DNA of 64,000 nucleotides, taken from the NCBI GenBank assembly GCA_039200705.1, contig JBCCSC010000010.1:50272-114271 (forward strand), given 5' to 3'. The position numbers and the translations under genes are program-made. Of this stretch, positions 57,374 to 64,000 are shown one piece after another. Origin of the DNA: Chloroflexota bacterium (GTDB lineage: Bacteria; Chloroflexota; Anaerolineae; Aggregatilineales; Phototrophicaceae). Numbering within the stretch: the first letter of the stretch is position 1; each line of letters begins with the position of its first letter. Below the pieces are notes generated by a model. The model did not search any database. It was not told the DNA's origin and saw nothing but the letters and a program-made list of their open reading frames with translations.

Positions 57374-57421
57374 AATTATCCACCATAAAACAGAAATTAC
57401 GAGTAGAAAGTTGAGAGAGTC

Positions 57422-57703
57422 ATGCTATCAGGACGCGAAATGCGCCGTTATTTGGTGTCTCTAGGTGTTGATGCTCAGAAAGTCGTCCGTAAACGCGAAA
57501 CAGGCAATTACGTCGCCGATTTTTACATCTCAGGGATGGATGACCCGATTGCTCCTGCCAGAAATTGGGCATGCGATATTTGTCATGTCTTGCCTGATGC
57601 AAAGATTGTGGATACACACGATACAATCGCAACATGGCGTAAAGGCAAGCCCGTGATTTATGCCACTGTCACATTTGATTGGAACGACAACAGCATAATC
57701 TAA
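57422..57703 (+). CDS. Small hypothetical protein (93 aa)
   Basis: Its own promoter candidate, an SD-like gagagag and a strong terminator delimit a monocistronic unit. No family recognised. Confidence 0.5.
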   Translation: MLSGREMRRYLVSLGVDAQKVVRKRETGNYVADFYISGMDDPIAPARNWACDICHVLPDAKIVDTHDTIATWRKGKPVIYATVTFDWNDNSII

Positions 57704-57729
57704 AGCGGTCTGTGACCCTAAAAAATAGT

Positions 57730-57757
57730 GGAGATGTCTTTTGATGTCTCCTTTTTT
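57730..57757 (+). terminator. Intrinsic terminator
   Basis: Stem ggagatgtc / gatgtctcc (with G-U pairs) around loop tttt, followed by TTTTTT. Confidence 0.8.
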
Positions 57758-57832
57758 GGTTCTCATTCTCGTGAAAATAGACTTTTCTCGCTATAGTTGT
57801 GATTGACTGTCTATTGTGTTTTGAGGAAGCAA

Positions 57833-59494
57833 ATGAGAAAAATATTTTTAGGATTTTTGTTAAGTTTACTGCTCATGCCGACGATTATCATCGCGCAAGA
57901 TACAGAATTTCGTGAACCAAACTGGTGGGAAGAACGGGTCTGGTATTCGCTATATGTGCGTAGCTTTAATGATAGTGACGGCGATGGTATTGGTGACTTC
58001 CAAGGAGTTATTGAACGTTTAGACTATCTCAATGATGGTGACCCAAATACCACAGATGACTTAGGAATTGGCGGGATTTGGTTACTGCCAATTGCCGAAT
58101 CAGATACAGTACATGGCTATCATGTCACAGATTATTTTGCAGTCGAAGAAGATTATGGTACAGCAGAAGATTTTCAACAACTAGTGGATGAAGCTCATGC
58201 GAGAGGTATCGCAATCATTGTCGATTTTGTTGTCAATCATACGTCGGACCAACACCCTTGGTTTATTGCTTCAGCAGAAGGCGACCCTGAATTTGCTGAT
58301 TGGTATGTATGGGAAGATGAAAATCCGAACTTTAACGGTCCTTGGGGAGCGCGGGCATGGTATCAGAACAATACGCGTGATGCGTGGTACTATGCGCCAT
58401 TTAATAACACTGCACCTGACCTTAACCACGAAAACCCTGCCGTGACAGATGCAATTTACGAAGCAGCGACCTTTTGGATTGAAGAGTATGGTATTGATGG
58501 TTATCGCTTAGATGCCGTACGTTATCTGCTTGAAACTGAAATTAATGGCTTACAAGTTTTGCAAGATTTACCAGAAAATCGAGCATACCTTGCAGATTTG
58601 AACGATCACATTCACATGGTTGACCCTGACGCATTTGTCATTGGCGAAATTTTCACAGGGTCAACGAACACAATCGCTAAATACACAGAAGAGGGTGCGG
58701 TTGATGCAGCCTTTGAATTTGTTGTTGCTCAAGGTACAGATGCGACAGGGGGCATCATCTCGGCAGCATCGACAGGCAACAAACGACCACTAGAGCAGGT
58801 TTTACCGTTTGTCTTTGCAGAATATCAAGGCGGACAATTTGCAACATTTGTCACTAATCACGACCAAACACGCCTCTTCACAGAGATTGATGGTGATGTA
58901 GGGGTTAACAAAGTTGTGGCAAATCTATTGATGACCTTGCCAGGCTTCCCATTCTTGTATTATGGCGAAGAAATTGGCTTGGCAGGTCCGAAACTAGATG
59001 GTGATGCTGAAATCCGTCGCCCAATGCAATGGGATGCTAGTGAGGGTGCAGGGTTCACCACAGGCACACCATGGAATCCATTACCAGAAGATTATGCCGA
59101 CCGAACTGTTGCAAATCAAACCGATGACCCTGATTCGCTGTTGAGTCATTATCGTGAGCTAATCCATCTGCGGAATAGCCAACCAGCTTTACAATATGGC
59201 GAGACCATCTTAGTCGATTCGACTTATCGCGCATCATGGGGATACTTACGTTACACAGCCGACGAGACCTTACTTGTCGTGATGAATCTCGACGACCGTG
59301 AAAGCCGTGAATACACATTTACAATTGACGAAGGTCCTCTGGAAAATGTCAGCAGTATTGATGTCATCTACAGCACAACTGATGTAGAAGTGAATCTGCC
59401 AGAAATCAACGCTAATGGTGGTTTCACAGATTACGTGCCGATAGATGCACCACTCCCACCATTCAGTCTCTATGTCTTACGTTTGAACAACTAA
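57833..59494 (+). CDS. Secreted GH13 alpha-amylase-family glycoside hydrolase
   Basis: A signal peptide MRKIFLGFLLSLLLMPTIIIA is followed by GH13 regions DFVVNHTS, GYRLDAVRY, GEIF and FVTNHDQ. The start is taken at ATG 57833, preceded by gaggaa. Confidence 0.85.
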   Translation: MRKIFLGFLLSLLLMPTIIIAQDTEFREPNWWEERVWYSLYVRSFNDSDGDGIGDFQGVIERLDYLNDGDPNTTDDLGIGGIWLLPIAESDTVHGYHVTDYFAVEEDYGTAEDFQQLVDEAHARGIAIIVDFVVNHTSDQHPWFIASAEGDPEFADWYVWEDENPNFNGPWGARAWYQNNTRDAWYYAPFNNTAPDLNHENPAVTDAIYEAATFWIEEYGIDGYRLDAVRYLLETEINGLQVLQDLPENRAYLADLNDHIHMVDPDAFVIGEIFTGSTNTIAKYTEEGAVDAAFEFVVAQGTDATGGIISAASTGNKRPLEQVLPFVFAEYQGGQFATFVTNHDQTRLFTEIDGDVGVNKVVANLLMTLPGFPFLYYGEEIGLAGPKLDGDAEIRRPMQWDASEGAGFTTGTPWNPLPEDYADRTVANQTDDPDSLLSHYRELIHLRNSQPALQYGETILVDSTYRASWGYLRYTADETLLVVMNLDDRESREYTFTIDEGPLENVSSIDVIYSTTDVEVNLPEINANGGFTDYVPIDAPLPPFSLYVLRLNN

Positions 59495-59503
59495 GCCACA
59501 ATC

Positions 59504-59535
59504 AAAAAGGCGAGTCTCATAGCGGACTCGCCTTT
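59504..59535. terminator. Bidirectional intrinsic terminator between convergent genes
   Basis: AAAAA-GGCGAGTC-tcatagcg-GACTCGCC-TTT, with a perfect 8-bp GC-rich stem. Confidence 0.8.
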
Positions 59536-59559
59536 AAACTTTATAGTCAGTGATATTGT

Positions 59560-61338
59560 TCAATCTTCTTCACCAAGGAACTGCATCCAGTTGCCGTGCA
59601 TTCCATTTTCAGTGACACCATAAAATACACGAATATTACTGTTCTCGCGCTGAACAAGGTCGTAGCGCGTGCTACCAGCTTTATCATAACGTCGCCAGAC
59701 ACCAATATCACCTACCCAATCGACACGGTTATGTTTGACAGGATTCCCCTCATGTTGCTTGATAGCATAATGCCACAAGCGACGGGCTGATGAGCGTGTC
59801 ACATTACTGACTTTGTTGCCATTCCGCATATCACGCATTGTGTAATAATATGTACCACCACGCTCTTCCACATCGGATATTTCGACACCACTACGAGGAG
59901 GGGTTTGACTGGCTTCATTCTCATTAGCAGGCTCATCGGGCAAAACCGCATCAGGGATAGACGCACCACCACCACTGATACGCACTACATCAGGCTGTGA
60001 ACCGTCAATAAATGGACTATCGTTCTCATTGTTGCTGAGTACCATCCCTTGCCGTACAAGACTCACAATTTCATCACGCACAGCCAAGTTTGTTTCTGCT
60101 TCATCGCGTAAGTAAATTTTGTTATCGCTCAAGGCGTAAGGACGGTCTTCACCGTATGGTACGAGAATCCGTATTACATTTTTGCCTTGCACATCTTGAA
60201 TATCAATTTCGATATTAAGCGCAGGGGTCAACAATCGGTCAATTTCGTTTTCAAGAACACGCACCGCATCATTGATGGCTGCAACGCCTTTGGGGTCTTT
60301 TCTCTTATTCGGACTCAAACCAACATAAATCGTGCCACCATTTGTGTTCGCAAATGCACACACATCAGCAACGATAGCATGTAATTTGCCTCCTTGTCGC
60401 TCCATCGATTCATGAAACGATTGGACAAGACTTTCGCCTTCTTCACGAGCAGCCAAAATATAATCATAGGGTTGATGGTCAGGGTTATAGGGGCGATGAC
60501 GCGAAAAATCTGTGCCGAGTAACATCTCTTTGATGGCATCAAAAGAGCGATAGGGAAGTAGCATTTCCGTCACTCGTTCGCCAACACCATAGCGTGTATT
60601 TTTGCCTTCTTTAAATGTATCGAGGGCATGAGCATCTGATCCCTGAATACAGTGCATCCGACGTGGATATTCAGCTTTAGTACCGTTGAAGAATCGTTGT
60701 GTACTACCACGTCCTTTGCGATGCAAATCAGTTAATTCGAGTGCGTGCAGATGCTTATCTTGTGTGTAAGCAATCCGTGTTTGCCCACCAAAACTCAATC
60801 CACGCATCGCAACCCCATGAGCAGCATTCGCATGAGCAGCAATCGCTAATCCACCTGCTTCCTCAATCACTCGATAGGCATCCAGTACATCGGCTGTTGC
60901 CCCTGCTGCAGCATCCCCTGATTCAAGCACTTCAGGCGGCACATTGAGGCTTAATAATAAATGTTCAATGTAGCGCACAGATGTATCTGGTGGGAAAATC
61001 CCCAGAATGTGAAAGCCAAATGTGGCAGTGAATTCAAAACCTGGTAAGACCAGTACTTTATCTAATAACCGCCGATATTCTGCTAATAAGCGCATTTCAT
61101 CAGCTAAGGCACGTCCAGATTGTTCTAAAAATTCGAGGCGTTCAATTTCTTTGAGCATGTCAGCATAGCCACCCACTGAGTTATGGTCAGTGAAGGCGAT
61201 AATATCAATGCCTCGGTATTCTGCTCGTCTTAATATATCAATGTAGCTTGCATTTTTATCTTTATAATCAATGCTACCAGGGGTATGAATATGTAAATCC
61301 ACCCGATACCACTGCATACGTTTTTTGCTTCGTCCCAC
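59560..61338 (-). CDS. Multidomain protein: N-terminal PHP-type metal-dependent phosphoesterase, central AlbA_2/Schlafen-like putative nucleic-acid-binding domain, unassigned C-terminal domain
   Basis: PHP motifs [33 protein letters not shown] and GSDAH. The AlbA_2-like segment is [17 protein letters not shown]...[15 protein letters not shown]. The C-terminal 110 aa or so is unassigned. The start could be GTG 61338 or ATG 61317. Confidence 0.7.
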   Translation of the reverse strand: MGRSKKRMQWYRVDLHIHTPGSIDYKDKNASYIDILRRAEYRGIDIIAFTDHNSVGGYADMLKEIERLEFLEQSGRALADEMRLLAEYRRLLDKVLVLPGFEFTATFGFHILGIFPPDTSVRYIEHLLLSLNVPPEVLESGDAAAGATADVLDAYRVIEEAGGLAIAAHANAAHGVAMRGLSFGGQTRIAYTQDKHLHALELTDLHRKGRGSTQRFFNGTKAEYPRRMHCIQGSDAHALDTFKEGKNTRYGVGERVTEMLLPYRSFDAIKEMLLGTDFSRHRPYNPDHQPYDYILAAREEGESLVQSFHESMERQGGKLHAIVADVCAFANTNGGTIYVGLSPNKRKDPKGVAAINDAVRVLENEIDRLLTPALNIEIDIQDVQGKNVIRILVPYGEDRPYALSDNKIYLRDEAETNLAVRDEIVSLVRQGMVLSNNENDSPFIDGSQPDVVRISGGGASIPDAVLPDEPANENEASQTPPRSGVEISDVEERGGTYYYTMRDMRNGNKVSNVTRSSARRLWHYAIKQHEGNPVKHNRVDWVGDIGVWRRYDKAGSTRYDLVQRENSNIRVFYGVTENGMHGNWMQFLGEED

Positions 61339-61362
61339 GTTATATCGTTCTCAGTTTCGTAT

Positions 61363-61719
61363 TTATTCGGAAATTAATCGATTGAAGAGGTCTGGTAATT
61401 CTGATGGCTCGAAAGGCTTAATCAAAAATTCGTTTGCACCTGCTTTTTCTGCTTCGTAGCTCACATCCATACCAGATGCCATCACAATCGGAATATCTTT
61501 AAAATCGGCATGTTCGCGCACCTCTTTGATGACCTCAACCCCTTCAATATCAGTCAGGTGATAATCAATCATCATCACGTCAGGTCTATCTTCTGTCATC
61601 TTAGGGATAACATCTGCACCACGTCGCGCAATCAACACCGTAAAACCATCAAGTTCTAATAATGTTTCTAATAGAGAAACAGTTACCGCATCATCGTCCA
61701 CAATTAACACTTTAGTCAA
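61363..61719 (-). CDS. Single-domain response regulator (CheY-like receiver)
   Basis: VLIVDDD, phospho-acceptor context VMMIDYHLTD, and LIKPF. The start is proposed at TTG 61719 (M)TKVLIVDDD, preceded by agaaagg. The ORF track extends to 61749. Confidence 0.85.
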   Translation of the reverse strand: MTKVLIVDDDAVTVSLLETLLELDGFTVLIARRGADVIPKMTEDRPDVMMIDYHLTDIEGVEVIKEVREHADFKDIPIVMASGMDVSYEAEKAGANEFLIKPFEPSELPDLFNRLISE

Positions 61720-61758
61720 TGGAAGTGCCTTTCTTGTATGTAATATCAACCAACAATT

Positions 61759-61781
61759 GGGGACACAGTTACAGTGTCCCC
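61759..61781 (-). terminator. Strong hairpin between lon and the response-regulator gene
   Basis: A perfect 8-bp stem GGGGACAC / GTGTCCCC with a 7-nt loop. On the minus strand it is followed by AATTGTTGGTTG (moderate T content). Confidence 0.5.
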
Positions 61782-61808
61782 ATTGAATCTATCTCATGAC
61801 AGTTTAGC

Positions 61809-64000
61809 TTACTTTGCTGCCGACTGTCCAGCAATTGAGAGTGCTAGGTCCAAAACTGCATCCATGTGATCGACTAAATGAAATGTCATATCGCTACGAA
61901 TTTCATCTGGCAAATCGTCCAAATCCAGTTCGTTTTTCTGTGGCAAGATAATCGTATCTACACCAATTCGGTGAGCAGCGAGCACCTTATCCTTGATACC
62001 ACCAACAGGCAGAACTTGTCCACTGAGTGTCACTTCGCCTGTCATGGCGATATTTTTCTTAGTGGGTCGCTCTGTCAACAATGATGCAAGGGCTGTTGTC
62101 ATCGTAATTCCTGCAGATGGTCCATCTTTAGGAGTTGCTCCTGCTGGCACATGTAAGTGAATGTCATGTTCGACGAAATATTGTTCAGGAATATTGAGGT
62201 CATTCATGCGAGAACGCAGATAACTCATCGCAATCTGACCACTCTCCTGCATGACATCGCCTAACTGTCCTGTCAATTTAAAGCCTTTTGATCCAGGCAT
62301 GGCTGTTGCCTCAATGAATAAGACATCACCACCAACAGGGGTCCATGCTAGACCTGTTGCTACACCTGGCACCTCCAAACGGTCTTTCAGTTCGGCTCGG
62401 CGACCAAAACGCGGCTTACCAAGCAACTCACTAGCGAACTCACCATCAATAGTGACACTTTCATCTGTGCCTTCAGCAATACGTGTCACGACTTTACGTG
62501 CCACACGTCCGATTTCCCGTTCTAGATTACGCACCCCTGCTTCGCGTGTGAAGTCTCGGATAATTGTGAGTAGAGCATCATCAGCGAAGGCAATCTCTTG
62601 TTCACGCAAACCATTCTCTCGAACCTGACGAGGCACAAGATACTGTTTAGCAATATTGAGCTTTTCTTGTTCTGTATAGCCACTGAGTTGAATGATTTCC
62701 ATACGGTCACGTAAAGGACCAGGTATCGTATCGAGGCTATTCGCTGTACAAATGAAGAAAACTTCACTCAAATCGAATGGCACATCGAGATAGGTATCAC
62801 GGAACGCATTGTTTTGCTCAGGGTCGAGTAGTTCTAATAATGCAGATGCAGGGTCACCACGAAAATCACGTCCTAACTTATCGACCTCATCAAGCATAAT
62901 CAGCGGATTTCTTGACTCAACGCGCCGTAACGTCTGGACAATACGCCCAGGCATCGCACCAATGTAGGTTCTGCGGAAACCACGAATTTCTGCTTCGTCA
63001 CGAATACCGCCTAAACTTAATCGGATAAATTTGCGTCCCATTGCGCGTGCAATCGATGCCCCTAGTGAGGTTTTACCAACACCAGGAGGACCTACAAAAC
63101 ATAGGATTGCACCTGCACGTTCTCGCCGAACATTATCATCATAGGCTTCGAGTTCTTCGGCGCGTTCTGAACGCAGTTTACGCACAGCGAGAAATTCTAG
63201 AATCCGCTCTTTGATATCTTCCAAACCATAATGATCTTGTTGCAAGACTTCGCGTGCGTGCGAAATTTCCAAATTATCCTCAGTACGTTGATCCCAAGGC
63301 ATATTGGTCAGCCAATCGAGATAGGTACGAATCACGCCGTATTCCGCGCTAGCCACAGATAACTTGCTGAGACGGTCTAATTCGCGTTCAGCTTCTTTGC
63401 GGGCTTCCTCTGGCATATTGGATTCGTCAATCTTACGACGAAATTGGTCAGCTTCTGCGCCTGATTCATCGCCATCAGATAACTCGCGTTGAATTGCTTT
63501 TAGTTGTTCGCGCAGATAGTACTCACGCTGAGTTTTCTCCATCTCAGACTGGGCTTCAGTTTGAATTTTGCGCCCAAGTTCCAGCACTTCCACTTCTTTG
63601 TTGAGCAACTCCAGCAAGAAGCGTAACTTGGCAACAATATCGTCCATTTCAAGAAGACGTTGCGAATCTTCAATCTCAATGCGGATATACGTTGCGATGG
63701 AGTAGATAAGTTGCAGTGGTTCATCAACAGCAATCGCTGACGAAACGAGTTCATCTGGAATGCTTGGCATCAATTCAGCTAAAGTCTTGAACTGTTCGCT
63801 GACATTCCGCATCAACGCTTCGATTGTGAGGCTTTCGGCTTCACTCTGCGCGACATCATCTTCAGGGTCAGGCATGATACTCGCTTTGAGGTAGGGGTCT
63901 TCACTCGTAAATTCGGTTATACGAATGCGGTCAATCCCTTGTACCAATAAGCGGATTGTGCCATCTGGTGCGCGAAACAAACGATGGATAGATGCCAATG
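61809..64000 (-). CDS. lon: ATP-dependent Lon protease (LonA), N-terminus cut by the window edge
   Basis: Walker [16 protein letters not shown], and the protease site [11 protein letters not shown]. The frame is open to the end of the window. Confidence 0.92.
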   Translation of the reverse strand, partial: LASIHRLFRAPDGTIRLLVQGIDRIRITEFTSEDPYLKASIMPDPEDDVAQSEAESLTIEALMRNVSEQFKTLAELMPSIPDELVSSAIAVDEPLQLIYSIATYIRIEIEDSQRLLEMDDIVAKLRFLLELLNKEVEVLELGRKIQTEAQSEMEKTQREYYLREQLKAIQRELSDGDESGAEADQFRRKIDESNMPEEARKEAERELDRLSKLSVASAEYGVIRTYLDWLTNMPWDQRTEDNLEISHAREVLQQDHYGLEDIKERILEFLAVRKLRSERAEELEAYDDNVRRERAGAILCFVGPPGVGKTSLGASIARAMGRKFIRLSLGGIRDEAEIRGFRRTYIGAMPGRIVQTLRRVESRNPLIMLDEVDKLGRDFRGDPASALLELLDPEQNNAFRDTYLDVPFDLSEVFFICTANSLDTIPGPLRDRMEIIQLSGYTEQEKLNIAKQYLVPRQVRENGLREQEIAFADDALLTIIRDFTREAGVRNLEREIGRVARKVVTRIAEGTDESVTIDGEFASELLGKPRFGRRAELKDRLEVPGVATGLAWTPVGGDVLFIEATAMPGSKGFKLTGQLGDVMQESGQIAMSYLRSRMNDLNIPEQYFVEHDIHLHVPAGATPKDGPSAGITMTTALASLLTERPTKKNIAMTGEVTLSGQVLPVGGIKDKVLAAHRIGVDTIILPQKNELDLDDLPDEIRSDMTFHLVDHMDAVLDLALSIAGQSAAK

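Overview
Gene-dense chromosomal window with about 65 protein-coding genes and one tRNA-Cys. I recognise no rRNA, CRISPR array, transposase, integrase or phage genes. The window opens inside dnaG, which is followed by the primary sigma factor rpoD, and ends inside lon. Content is mostly housekeeping and cell-envelope biology: alanine dehydrogenase, Cu/Zn SOD, a sortase, and two ABC-2 type exporters, one with a TetR repressor and a clear palindromic operator. There is also a glycan/glycolipid block: GT4, a GT9-GT26 fusion, NADAR, a heptose-7-P-kinase-like gene, an LbH nucleotidyltransferase, an MGDG-synthase-like GT28 and a nucleotide-sugar dehydrogenase. Other genes include recX-rny, lipA, glpK, lspA, an acyl-CoA dehydrogenase, a secreted GH13 amylase and a second RpoD-like sigma factor. 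The marker combination (sortase, RNase Y, TagA-type GT26, no outer-membrane genes seen) suggests a monoderm-type, moderately AT-rich bacterium. The protein flavour reminds me of Chloroflexota, but that is unverified. I did not find a textbook defence island or mobile element. The most promising unexplained items are: (i) a receiver-only response regulator next to a PHP-phosphoesterase / AlbA_2 (Schlafen-like) / unknown-C-terminal-domain protein, downstream of lon; (ii) a 585-bp ORF-poor, hairpin-rich spacer ending in an intrinsic terminator that abuts the recX ribosome-binding site; (iii) a NADAR gene abutted to a GT9-GT26 fusion gene and followed by a kinase-only HldE homologue; (iv) a DUF2157 / DUF4401 / GDYXXLXY membrane triad; (v) tandem paralogous orphan membrane proteins with a degenerate ABC-2-like motif; (vi) a DnaB-C-terminal-like ATPase lacking the DnaB N-domain, divergent from the second sigma gene across a 519-bp AT-rich region. 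All functional calls come from motif recognition by eye on the supplied translations. No database search was run.
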